Assembly: GCA_951406725.2 (NCBI GenBank)
Contig: OX597834.1
Coordinates: forward strand, 7,316,001-7,380,000
DNA from: Octopus vulgaris
Taxonomy: Eukaryota
DNA length: 64,000 bases
Reading direction: 5' to 3'
Shown here: positions 27,478 through 39,622 of the stretch, one piece after another
Position numbering within the stretch: the first letter of the stretch is position 1
Layout: each line of letters begins with the position of its first letter
Translations under genes and position numbers: made by a program
Notes under the pieces: generated by a model
Seen by the model: only the letters and a program-made list of their open reading frames with translations
What the model was told of the DNA's origin: nothing
The model's database searches: none

Positions 27478-27800
27478 ATTATCGACTCCGAAAGGATGAA
27501 ACGCAAAGTCGACTTCGGTGGAAATTGAACTCAGAATCTAAAGATGGTCGAAATACCGCTAAGCATTTCGTCCGGCATGCTAACGATTCTGCCAGCTTAT
27601 CGCCTTAATTCCGCTAACAATATTAGGGGCAACGAAGGTAGCGAGCTGGCAAAATAGTTAGCTAGCTGGACAAAATATTTAGCAGCCTTTCGTCCGTCAT
27701 TACGTCCTGAGTTCAATTTCCACCGAGGTCAACTTTGCATTTCATCCTTTCGGGGTCAATAAAATAAGTACCAGCTGAGTACTGGGAGAGATGTAATTGA
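27478..27800. mobile_element. Head-to-head pair of SINE B copies
   Basis: - copy 27478-27607, + copy 27636-27800. Confidence 0.75.
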
Positions 27801-28119
27801 TTTACACTCACTCCCGAACTTACTGACCTCGTGACACAATTCGAAGTCACTATTACGTGCTATGTGAGGGCGGGGGCTTGGCGGTCTTGTTTGAATATCA
27901 GACAACAATGCTTTCAGGTATCTAGATAGGTCTCTTTACAATACCAGTTCAAATCTCTGTGAGGTCAAGTTATCGCTTCTGTTTATTCGGAGGTTAATAA
28001 ATTAAAGTTCTGGGGTTGCTATAATCGATTATAATTATCCGCTAAAATTCTTGTTCCTCTGTAGGAATTGAATACGAAACATTAAGTAACTTGGCCACAG
28101 AGACAAGATATTGTTCAGG

Positions 28120-28512
28120 GGTGGCTCTGTGGTAAGTATCTTGCTTACCAATCACATGGTTCTGGGTTCAGTCCCACTGCATGGCACTTTGGGCAAGTGT
28201 CTTTGACTACAGCCTCGAGCTGACCAAATCCTTGTGAGTGGATTTGGTAGACAGAAACTGAAAGAAGCCCGTCGTATATATGTATATATATATGTGTGTG
28301 TGTATATATTTGTGTATCTGTGTTTGTCCCCCAACATCGCTTGACGACCAATGCTGGTGTGTTTACGTCCCTGTAATTTGGTGGTTCGGCAAAAGAGACC
28401 GATAGAATAAGTACTAGACTTACAAAGAATAAGTTCTGGGGTCGATTTGCTCGAGTAAAGGCTGTGCTCCAGCATGGCCGCAGTCAAATGACTGAAACAA
28501 GTTAGTAAAGAG
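28120..28512 (+). mobile_element. SINE family A
   Basis: Homology to 2919-3350. Confidence 0.9.
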
Positions 28513-29037
28513 AGCAACACTGTTCGTTAATCTGTTGTTCCGCCCATCACATGCTTACAGATACATCAAACTGCGACTCGAGTCCAAAGAAGATTTTAAT
28601 TTATGAACCTGATATCTTTGGTGGATGTTTTGGTATCGTCTCGGATAAAATATTATCAAACTATCAGTATTAGATTTCCTGCTAAATAGAATCTTCTGAC
28701 GACCAGAAAAAGCTTTGAAGAAACCAAATGACTTTGAGAGGGGAAAAGAAGACAGCGTGAATATATTTTTACAATCATCGACTACAAAGAGAGACATAAC
28801 AATGGGAACAACAACAACAAAAACGAAAAACAGCCAATGGAACGGTATCGAAAGTAATAATAATAATAATAATAATAATACATTAGCAATAGTTTCTTAC
28901 ACAGGAATAAAGATTACTTTTAAAGTGAAGAGAAAAAGGTGATCATGCTTTTCTCACGGATATTGTTGCTTAATGCCAACTGACGTCAACAAGGATGTAT
29001 AAAATTGGATCAGCAACGTTTACAATATAAGGAAGTG

Positions 29038-29076
<39 letters not shown>

Positions 29077-29114
29077 CGTTGATGGCAACGAAAGGTAATT
29101 GCTGTTGCTGTTGC

Positions 29115-29250
29115 TCTTCTTCTTCTTCTTCTTCTTCTTCTTCTGCTTCTTCTCCTTCTTCTTCTTCTTCTTCTTCTTCTTCTTCTTCTTCTTCTTCTTC
29201 TTCTTCTTCTTCTTCTTCTTCTTCTTCTTCTTCTTCTTCTTCTGCTCTTC

Positions 29251-29281
<31 letters not shown>

Positions 29282-29356
29282 GCTTCTGCTTCTTCTCCTT
29301 CTTCTTCTTCTTCTTCTTCTTCTCCTTCTTCTTCTTCTTCTTCTTCTCCTTCTTCT

Positions 29357-29387
<31 letters not shown>

Positions 29388-30166
29388 TTTCTTCTTCTCC
29401 CTCTCTTCTTTTTCTTCTTCTTCTCCTTCTTCTTCTTCTTCTTCTTCTTCTTTTCTTCTTCTCCTCTTCTTTTTCTTCTTCCTCTTCTTTTTCTTTTTCT
29501 TCTTCTCCCTCTTATTTTTCTTCTTCTTCTTCTTCTTCTCCTTCTTCTTCTTCTTCTTCTTCTTTTTCTTCTTCTCCTTCTTCTTCTTCTTCTTCCTCTT
29601 CTTTTTCTTCTTCTTCTTCTTTTTCTTCTTCTTCTTTTTCTCCTTCATCATTATCATCATCATCATCATCATCATCTTCTATTTCTTCTTCATCATCATC
29701 ATCATCATCATCATCTTCTTCTCCTTCATCATCATTATCATCATCACCATCATCATCATCATCATCATCTTCTGCTTCTTCTTCTTCATCATCATCATCA
29801 TCATCATCTTCTTCTTCTTCTGTTCCGCCTCCTCCTCCTCTTCCCTTCCTGCTCCCCATCCACAACTCCTCTTCATGCTCTTCCTTCCTCTCCTCCATCT
29901 TCCTCTCCGTCCGCTTCTCCTTTCCTGCACCTCCTTTTCGTCCTTTTCCCCTCTCCTGTACCTCCTTCTCGTCCTCTTATCCTCTCCCTCCTCTCCCCTC
30001 CTCTCCCCTCCTCACCCTCCTCATCCTCCCCTCTTCTTCTTCTTCTTCTTCTTCTTCTTCTTCTTCTAACTTCTTCTAACTTCTATGTTATTGATGGTGT
30101 TGTTGTTGTTGTTGTTATTAATATTATTATTATTATTATCACCATCATCACCATCATCATCATCAT

Positions 30167-30198
<32 letters not shown>

Positions 30199-30200
30199 GG
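29115..30200. repeat. ~1-kb (CTT)n/(CAT)n/polypyrimidine tract
   Basis: Direct reading; explains the poly-S/L/F/H ORFs. Confidence 0.95.
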
Positions 30201-30479
30201 GCAGCAGAATCGTTAGCGCGTCGGGCGAAATACTTAGCGGCATGTCTTTATGTTCGGGGTTCAAAGGCCGCCTAAATCGACTCTGCCTTTCCCCGCTTTC
30301 CGGGGGTCGATAAAATAAGCAATATTAGCCAAGCAGCACTGGGTTCAATGTAATCGACAAGTCCCCCACCCCACCCCTCCCTTAAAATTTCAGAACTTAT
30401 GTCTTTAGTAGAAAGAATTGTAATTGTTGCTGTTATTGCTATTATCAAACAAATACCATTGCATCCAAATTCAGTTAAT

Positions 30480-31340
30480 TTTGTTCATGGGGTTTGGCGA
30501 CAAGTCTCCTCAAAATCCCAAGAATCTTTCTTACGATTCTTGTAGAATTTCCTGTTGCTCGACAATACATGAATCGAATCCAATAACTTTCAGCCTCTTT
30601 CCTTGCAATTTGGGCGAAGTACTTAATGCATCAATCACCATTGTGTTTCACAATCTCTCGCATCTCTCTGCTAAGATCCTGATATTTCTCAATCTTCCCG
30701 GTTTCTTTGATATCCACTCTTACAATTATAGGGGATTGATTGCAAAATAAATGATCATACACTGTTCTTTGTGATCCCACGATCATAACTGGTCTCTTTG
30801 CTTCAATTGTACGATATGTTTCTATGGAGAAATCCTATAAAAATCCATTCATTATAAATCACCATGACAGCTTCTGGATTGCATTCACACCACTTTTCAT
30901 TCACTTAAAACACAGATTTGGCCAACACATTTCGTGTATTTTACTCTCTGATTGAGATTTATCAATCTTTGTCTCTATCGAATTCGTTCTAATGGCTTGT
31001 TTCTGAGCGATTTTAATTAGCGATTCGGTTTCTCGTTTGATGTTTCCATCTCTCATTCACAACCAACGTTCTTCGTTTCTGAAATCCTCGGTTTGCTGCA
31101 TGAAGTGGGCATATATTTCTTTCTCTTTTCCAGCTATTTGTTCCTACCGTTCTTCTTTCTCTTCTAGACATTTTTTTCACTATTTCAGTGACTTTGATAT
31201 ATCTAGTCACAAATAAATAGTCTTTCATCACCATGCAAAATATATAAGTTTTCAAACCCCAAACCGTAGCATAGATAGTGTTTTCTGCTTTTAACAAACT
31301 TCTGTCACTTTCCCCTTCTTAATAAGTAAAATCTGTTAAT
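30480..31340 (-). pseudogene. R4/Dong-like non-LTR retrotransposon relic (restriction-like endonuclease domain)
   Basis: Minus: KWCE.NPEAV...DFSIETYRTIEAKRP...KETGKIEKYQDL resembles KWYEH.PE.V, WDF.IQTDR.I.A.RPD, KE.EKI.KYQDL. Confidence 0.65.
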
Positions 31341-32534
31341 AGAAATGTTAAGGGTTGACGATGTGTGTTATCCCTTGCGAACAACTTGCAGGTTCTTTCA
31401 CTCATTTTCTACAATGCGTTTTTGGGGGAAATCTTCAGAGGCTCGACTCTACTTTGGTTCCTTGAATTAAGTTTCTGCTTCGACACGAGAGGTGATCTCT
31501 TCAAATATATTATTTCCAACATTTCTCCATTCATCTCTCTCTGCATAATATCATCGAATTCTCGTATACGTCGATACTTGTTTCCATTGTCTTTAAGTTC
31601 TTAAGTCCTGTTCTTTCAATAAAATATACTTTCATTTCTTCAGGGCAAAATGTTACATTTTGTTGTTCAAATTCTACCTCAGTATTTGGCACAAGGCCAG
31701 CAACTTCTGGGGAGGTGATAACTCAATTACATCCATCCCCAGTGTTCACTGATACTTATTTTATCGACCCCGAAAGGATGAAATGCAAAGTAGACATCGG
31801 CGGAATTTGAACTCAGAACGTTAAAGCAGACTACATGTCACTAATCATTTTATCCGGCGTGTTAAAGATTCTGCCAGCTCACCGCCTGTGATGTCATCAA
31901 CATATTCCCTGTACTTCAAGTTTGTAGTTGTTTGCGTGCTTTAGGAGCAGTTAGAATTTTTAGAGAGGTAAAGCGCAGAACCTCATGCTTTTATTTTAAT
32001 TATAGGGAATCAATAATTCCAGTGATAAACCTACATTGCAATATAGATAAAAAAACAACTCTCTCTCATTCATCAGCACTCCATCAACTTCGATGATATG
32101 CATGAATCAGTCATCTCTCTTACTAGCGACTTCTTAATAACGGTTGAGAGTTATAACAGCGAACATGTAGCATCCCATTATTTGGGATGCCACATGTTGT
32201 GTCACGTTCGTCAGTGGCTACCTGGTATGTTCGACTACCAGCCTCGGCTCCACTCTTCGTCAGACCGAAGAAGGCAAACTGCCAAAGTATCGGTCGCTCT
32301 CTGATAGGTTTATGGTCGAGCCTGTGACAATCGAAATCTCCGGCGTTCAAGGCACCTGGACTAAATCTCTGCTCATTGTTTGTTATAGGAGAAGAGATGG
32401 CTATTCGAAAGTGCGAGTCCTGTGAGCCGGAGTGGTTGTTCCAATGCGTATCTGTCGCCATCCTCCAGAGCAACGCTGGGACCATAATGTAAACTGACCA
32501 TTACCTTATAAATGCGTTTTAGTCTAATAGATTG

Positions 32535-32832
32535 TGGAGGCGCAATGGCCCAGTGGTTAGGGCAGCGCATTCGCGGTCGGAGGATCGCGGTTTCGATTCC
32601 CAGACCGGGCTATGTGTGTTTATTGAGCGAAAACACCCAAAGCTCAACGAGGCACTGGCAGGGGGTGGTGGCGACCCCTGTTGTACTCTTTCGCCCCAAC
32701 TTTCTCTCATTTTTTCTTCCTGTTTCTTGAGTAACGCTGTGATGGACTGGCATCCCGTCCAGCTGGGGGGAACACATACGCCACAGAAACCGGTAAACCG
32801 GGCCCATGAGCCTGGCTAGGCTTGAAAAGGGC
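32535..32832 (+). mobile_element. SINE family C, tail type 3
   Basis: Same head; tail gatggactgg..tcc.gtccagctgggg...cccatgagcctggctaggct shared with 9546-9792. Confidence 0.85.
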
Positions 32833-33233
32833 TTAAAATAGTCTAATAGATCGAACCACTGACGTCAAGGCTGTGAACCAGTGTTACAAGTTACTCTTTG
32901 CTTTGACAGATGAAGCATCTGCTTCAGTTGACTAGAGGTTATAGATTGTCGGCAATCCCTTAAGCAAACTGTATATTGCAAGACGGTTTGTTAGAGGTTC
33001 TGCGCTTCATCTCTCTAAATATTATAACTGCCCCTAAAGCACGCAAACAACTACAAACCTGAAGTACAAGGAATATGTTGATAACAACACAGGCGGTGAG
33101 CTGGCAGAATCTTTATCACGCCGGATAAAATGATTAGTGACATGTAGTCCGCTTTTACGTTCTGAGTTCAAATTCCGCCGATGTCTACTTTGCATTTCAT
33201 CCTTTCGGGGTCGATAAAATAAGAAACAGGGAA

Positions 33234-33463
33234 CATGGACAAGATAGTCATCAGATATGAGCCCTATTGAACATCTCTGGGACATAAAGGACAGGACACT
33301 TCATAAAAAGAATAAGAAAGCATCTTCAAAGCCGGATCATTTGCCATTACTGCATGGAACTGGACTAAGAATTCCGAAAGAGAATATTCGTAATCAGATC
33401 AGTAACGTGCCTAATAGGGTCCTTGCATTGAAAAATGTAAAGGGCATGTCTAATAAATATTAA
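33234..33463 (+). pseudogene. Tc1 (DD34E) transposase C-terminal relic
   Basis: W...SSDMSPIEHLW...IPKENIRNQISNVPNRV.A....KG...KY. Confidence 0.75.
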
Positions 33464-33544
33464 ATATTTCCATTATAACAATTTGAATGCATAATTTCAG
33501 ATTTAAATAATTTTTAATGATTATAAGTATGTCATGTCTTTGCA

Positions 33545-33626
33545 CATACATACATACATACATACATACATACATACATACATACATACATACATACATA
33601 CATACATACATACATACATACATACA

Positions 33627-33658
<32 letters not shown>

Positions 33659-34078
33659 ATACATACATACATACATACATACATACATACACATCATCAT
33701 ACATACATACATACATACATACATACATACATACATACATACATACATACATACATACATACATACATCATACATACATACATACATACATCATACATAC
33801 ATACATACATACATGATACATACATACATACATACATACATACATACATACATACATACATACATACATACATACATACATACATACATACATACATCAT
33901 ACATACATACATCATACATACATACATACATACATACATACATACATACATACATACATACATACATACATACATACATACATACATACATACATACATA
34001 CATACATACATCATCACATACATACATACATACAAACATACATACATACATACATACATACATACATACATACATACA

Positions 34079-34112
<34 letters not shown>

Positions 34113-34240
34113 CATATACATACATACATACATACATACATACATACATACATACATACATACATACATACATACATACATACATACATACATACATACA
34201 TACATACATACATACATACATACATACATACATACATACA
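33545..34240. repeat. (CATA)n microsatellite, ~700 bp
   Basis: Direct reading. Confidence 0.97.
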
Positions 34241-34464
34241 GAATATAAATATTTCTAAATGTAAGCATATATCTAAATACACACATGCACACACATATGC
34301 GTACATCTGCAAACATACATGCACACACATGCATATATGGACACACACACATGCACAAGCATGCACACACATACACACATATGCATATGCCTAGTATTGA
34401 TGGCAATTGCGTGTGCGTGTATATAGATGGAGAATGATTATTTTGGGGGGTGTCATTCTGTATG

Positions 34465-34522
<58 letters not shown>

Positions 34523-34789
34523 AGTATGTATAATTTCATTAATATCCATGTTTTGGGGTTGCATATTTAAGTATGCAATATACATTGATGAATATTCATA
34601 GATAAATAGGAATGCGTTCTTCATATCAATTGATATATACCTTTGTACATTATATATATATATTATTTATACACACACATATACACATGTAAGTACACAT
34701 TTACAATTTATATGCACTTAAATATATTCATATGTATAAATATTGCACACATGCAAGCAAATACATAGACTTACAGTTACATACATACA

Positions 34790-34850
<61 letters not shown>

Positions 34851-35059
34851 AAATGGAAAGATGAATTTTCTTGTTACAGATTATTCAAAAGTTTAACCGA
34901 TACCTGGGTAGCAAAAATCACAGCAGAAAAAAACACGGTTGGAGATAAGACCATTTGGTGTTGCAACCGTGCGTTGGTGCGGATAATTGAAGTTTAATAT
35001 AATTAGTGAATGGAAGAAATGGAGTTGAACGAAGATTGTACAGAATTCCTTTTATTACA

Positions 35060-35139
35060 TTCTACACATGTTTCAAAGGCCACAATTTTCCAAATTCAGA
35101 TTAAATAAGGATACCATATTGCAGCTTTCTCTTCAGGAA
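35060..35139 (-). ncRNA. Type I hammerhead ribozyme in left arm (sense to the GIY-YIG ORF)
   Basis: Minus strand: ttc CTGAAGA gaaagctgcaat...attgtggccttt GAAAC ATGT GTA gaa. Stem I ttc/gaa, long stem II, cleavage triplet GUA. Confidence 0.75.
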
Positions 35140-35790
35140 AAACCAGGAATTACGTTGTCAGAACAAAACAAAACAGAGGCGCAGCAAAGCAATTCGAACG
35201 AGGACGCTCCCTAAGAGCCCATTGGTTAACTGTTTATCAATGTACGTTGAAATCGGGGGGTTGGTGGGGGCCGACAAAAGGTCCGTTGGAATAATTACAG
35301 GTCAGGCCGCGGTCAAATCTAGTAGGTGAGGAATTAATGAGAACAAGGGGTGTGGAGATGTTCTGTGTGACCAAAACTAATGTTCTGAATATTTTAAGAA
35401 TACAGGGTGTATTTCTTAGGGGCGAGACAAAACCTACCTTAAAGCATGTATGTGTATACTAGCCTATGTGTGCGCGGCCGTATGTTGGCGAGGGGCGCTA
35501 GATAATGAGCACTGCTGAAAAAAGCCTGTCAGGCGGCTGAAAAAATTCTGTGTTCGTGTGTTCGTCTGTGGCCTGCTTGTCTAAAAATTAATATCGTCAA
35601 AGAATCATAAGGGTATATATAATTCCAGCGTTTGCTTCTAAAAAAAAAAAAAAAACCGACCAATCGCCTAATGGGAGTAATTTCCCCTTGCAAGAGTTAT
35701 TCATAGATTTTTTAAAAAGTTTTCTCAAAAATTATTTCCAAAAATTATTTTCATTTTAATAGGGTAACAAGGTGTTAACTGTCTTAGGTA

Positions 35791-36498
35791 TCATTTATAT
35801 GTAAGATAAGTATGGCGCCGCCAATGGTGACATCGAAAAGCCGTCTGTAAAAGCCCGTTTACCAAACGGCCTCTGGCGAACAATATGTGGAAAAGCTCAG
35901 AGTTACAAAGATTACACCTCCTTCTGCCCCTATCAAACGGGAGGGCCACCGACAAAATCGACCATTCCAGCCTAAACACTGAATTCGCGTTCTTCAAACG
36001 CCAGATAAGTTTGCTAAGTCCTGTAGCTTGGTATTTATTAACGTCGCGAAAAGTTGCGAAATGGTTCGATATTCTCAAGGCCAATTTTGATGATGAGGCC
36101 CCGACATACGAGTAGACATCTGAATCCGTGTAAACATTGCATTGGTAAATGGCATTTCTGATCTTGGAGTTACTAGACAAGAACCTTATTCTATTGGGAT
36201 TAGCTTCTGATATTAATACTGCGTTTCTGTTACTATATTGACTGTGAGAACTGCGGCCGCCTACTACATTATACTCCTCATTATCACTATTAATTAACGG
36301 ACTAACCCCTGTGTATTCCCTATCACTGAGAACGCTGTAATTGCTAGTATCCGTGGACCTGCTATTGCCGGAAACGATGCTAAAGTTGTTATTAGGACTC
36401 TCTACATTAATGACCCGAACTGCGCTCACCTCCCTATTACCATTACTAACGTTATTAACATCACCATTTCTTCCATCGCTAATCATTGGCGGCGTCAT
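35791..36498 (-). CDS. GIY-YIG endonuclease of Penelope-like type with N/S-rich N-terminal region, no RT
   Basis: NAIYQC...YSYVGASS..LALRISNHFATF...TGLSKLIWRLK...LEWSIL...CNLCNSEL...LVN...CHH matches the PLE C-terminal endonuclease pattern (GIY, YIG, R, H, CxxC-E, N, C-x-H). 235 codons open; the ATG lies inside the inverted arm. Confidence 0.85.
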   Translation of the reverse strand: MTPPMISDGRNGDVNNVSNGNREVSAVRVINVESPNNNFSIVSGNSRSTDTSNYSVLSDREYTGVSPLINSDNEEYNVVGGRSSHSQYSNRNAVLISEANPNRIRFLSSNSKIRNAIYQCNVYTDSDVYSYVGASSSKLALRISNHFATFRDVNKYQATGLSKLIWRLKNANSVFRLEWSILSVALPFDRGRRRCNLCNSELFHILFARGRLVNGLLQTAFRCHHWRRHTYLTYK

Positions 36499-37165
36499 AC
36501 TTATCTTACATATAAATGATACCTAAGACAGTTAACACCTTGTTACCCTATTAAAATGAAAATAATTTTTGGAAATAATTTTTGAGAAAACTTTTAAAAA
36601 ATCTATGAATAACTCTTGCAAGGGGAAATTACTCCCATTAGGCGATTGGTCGGTTTTTTTTTTTTAGAAGCAAACGCTGGAATTATATATACCCTTATGA
36701 TACTTTGACGATGTTAATTTTTAGACAAGCAGGCCACAGACGAATACACGAACACAGAATTTTTTCAGCCGCCTGACAGGCTTTTTTCAGCAGTGCTCAT
36801 TATCTAGCGCCCCTCGCCAACATACGGCCGCGCACACATAGGCTAGTATACACATACATGCTTTAAGGTAGGTTTTGTCTCGCCCCTAAAAAATACACCC
36901 TGTATTCTTAAAATATTCAGAACATTAGTTTTGGTCACACAGAACATCTCCACACCCCTTGTTCTCATTAATTCCTCACCTACTAGATTTGACCGCGGCC
37001 TGACCTGTAATTATTCCAACGGACCTTTTGTCGGCCCCCACCAACCCCCCAATTTCAACGTACATTGATAAACAGTTTACCCATGGGCTCTTAGGGAGCG
37101 TCCTCGTTCGAATTGCTTTGCTGCGCCTCTGTTTTGTTTTGTTCTGACAACGTAATTCCTGGTTT

Positions 37166-37245
37166 TTCCTGAAGAGAATGCTGCAATATGGTATCCTTAT
37201 TTAATCTGAATTTGGAAAATTGTGGCCTTTGAAACATGTGTAGAA
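37166..37245 (+). ncRNA. Type I hammerhead ribozyme in right arm
   Basis: ttc CTGAAGA gaatgctgcaat...attgtggccttt GAAAC ATGT GTA gaa. Confidence 0.75.
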
Positions 37246-37300
37246 TGTAATAAAAGGAATTCTGTACAATCTTCGTTCAACTCCATTTCTTCCATTCACC

Positions 37301-37342
<42 letters not shown>

Positions 37343-37856
37343 ATGGTGAATGGAAGAAATACATTTATAAATGTACATATATAAATATATATATATAAAT
37401 ATATATATAAATATATATACATTTATAAATGTATATATATAAATATATATGCATATATATATATATGCATATATGTATATGTATATATATGTATATATAT
37501 ATGTATATATATATAAATGTATGTATATATATATATAAAATAGAAAAGAGTGAAAAAACTACAGAAGGCTTGTTTTATAAGGCTATATATACATATATGC
37601 GGTGCTCCAGCATGGCCACAACCACTGAGCTGAAACATATTAAAGAATAAAAGAGTATAATATATATGTACACTCACACACACACGCATGCACACATACA
37701 TACACCAACATATGTAAATATTCACACATATGCATCTGTTTGATTATACAAACCAGCAAAAATACTCAGTAATGAAATGAAGAGTATTTAGTGATGAGTT
37801 TTCGCTCTGTTGTAACGTCGATCTTTCCGCATATTCGCTTACCATGCAGCAGAAAA

Positions 37857-37929
<73 letters not shown>

Positions 37930-37932
37930 CAT

Positions 37933-38107
37933 ACTCTTTTACTCTCCTTTACTTGTTTCAGTCATTTGACTGTGGTCATGCTGGAGCAGCGCCTTTTAAT
38001 CGAGCAAATTGACCCCAGGACTCATTCTTTGTAAGCCTAGAACCGCTAAGTAACGGGGACGTAAACGTACCAGCATCAGTTGTCAAGCGATGTTGGGGGG
38101 ACAAACA

Positions 38108-38154
<47 letters not shown>

Positions 38155-38338
38155 AAACATATATATATATATATATGCGACAGGCTTCTTTCAGTTTCCG
38201 TCTACCAAATCCACTCACAAGGCTTTGGTCGGCCCGAGGCTATAGTAGAAGACACTTTCCCAAGGTGCCATGCAGTGGGACTGAACCCGGAACCGTGTGG
38301 TTGGTAAGCAAGCTACTTACCACACAACCACTCCTGCG

Positions 38339-38341
<3 letters not shown>
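37933..38341 (-). mobile_element. SINE family A
   Basis: Homology to 2919-3350. Confidence 0.9.
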
Positions 38342-38377
<36 letters not shown>

Positions 38378-38440
38378 GTATATAAATATAGAAAGTAAAA
38401 GAGTCAAAAAGATAAGTAAGTACGGTTAGACAGCTTTTTA

Positions 38441-38558
38441 ATCTCTACAAATCTTTCGATACATACAGATCCTCGTATATACAGGATTTAAAGTTTAAAT
38501 TAAATTATGTAACGATTTACCTGTATCAGAAGATCTATAATGTATCTCTTCAGGCGAT
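38441..38558 (-). ncRNA. Type I hammerhead with ~90-nt stem II, stem III mutated
   Basis: Minus: atcgc CTGAAGA gatacat...atgtatc GAAA g attt GTA gagat. Perfect 7-bp stem II base continuing into further pairing (agatct/ggatct, tacagg/cctgta). Confidence 0.7.
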
Positions 38559-38860
38559 ACCCAGTCGCTGTCTCCGTAAGCAAACTTAGATTTCCATGCT
38601 GCAACATCCATGGCTTCTTCTTTGAAACTAACAAATGCTGACGGTTTCAGTTCGCTCGGTATGAGTGTGTTATCACGTTCGACATGAGCTGCAATGTGCA
38701 CGTTGTCTGTTTATTTATTCAGTTTTGACATGTTGTTCTGCACATGCCACACTGCATCATTACGTGGAATACATTTTACTCTTTACTTTTACTTTTCATT
38801 TTCACACACGAACAATACCTAAGACTAGAATTGGTAGCATACCATAAGAATACTACCGGC

Positions 38861-39435
38861 TAAGGCGGCGAGATAGCAGAATCGTTAGCACGCCGGGCGA
38901 CATGCTTAGCGGTATTTTCTCTGCCGTTACGTTCTGAGTAAAAAAATTCGACTTAATGTAATCGACTTAATCTGTTTGGCTGTTCTTGTTTGTCCCCTCT
39001 GTGTTTAGCCCCTTGTGGGTAGTAAAGAAATAGAATCGTTAGCACGTCGGGCGAAATGCGTAGCCGTATTTCGCCTGCCGTTACGTTGTGGGTTCAAATT
39101 CCGTCGAGGTTGACTTTGCCTTTCATCCTTTAGGGGTCGATTAAATAAGTACCAGTTACGCACGGGGGTCGATCTAATCGACTTAATCCTTTTGTCTGTC
39201 CTTCTTTGTCCTCTCTGTGTTTAGTCTCTTGTGGGTAGTAAAGAAATAGGTATTTCGTCTGCAGTTACGTTCTGATTTCAAATTCCGCCGAGGGCGACTT
39301 TGCCGTTCATCCTTTCGGGGTCGACAAATTAAGTGCCATTTACGCACTGCGGTCGATGTCATCGACTTAATCCATTTGTCTGTCTTTGTTTGTCCCCTCT
39401 ATGTTTAGTCCTTTGTGGGCAATAAAGAAATAAGA
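38861..39435 (+). mobile_element. Tandem SINE B array (3 units)
   Basis: Repeated ...ttgtggg..taaagaaata junctions. Confidence 0.85.
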
Positions 39436-39556
39436 ATACTCCCAGCGATTTGGGAATTCTAAAGATCAATATGCTCTATTTGTACTCTTATAAGTTCTTA
39501 ACAGAACACACCTCAACTGACTATATATAAGTATATGTATACATATGAATATATAC

Positions 39557-39591
<35 letters not shown>

Positions 39592-39622
39592 CGTATGTGC
39601 ATTTATGTATGTATGTATGTAT

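Larger units (their letters stand above)
34997..37308 (-). mobile_element. Penelope-like fold-back element: inverted arms 34997-35826 and 36484-37308 around a GIY-YIG ORF, one hammerhead per arm
   Basis: Arms are reverse complements (aattagtgaatggaagaaatggagttgaac... vs ...gttcaactccatttcttccattcaccaatt) with about ten substitutions seen by eye. The right end abuts (TA)n. GIY-YIG plus HHR is the known Penelope-like (PLE) 3' end / pLTR signature. Confidence 0.88.

Noticed and set aside
29079-30275. 398-aa and 326-aa ORFs (poly-S/L/H/F)
   Set aside because: Trinucleotide repeat translation in all frames; not a gene.
32535-32610. tRNA-like sequence with A and B boxes
   Set aside because: SINE head present in multiple copies and continuing into SINE body; not a tRNA gene.
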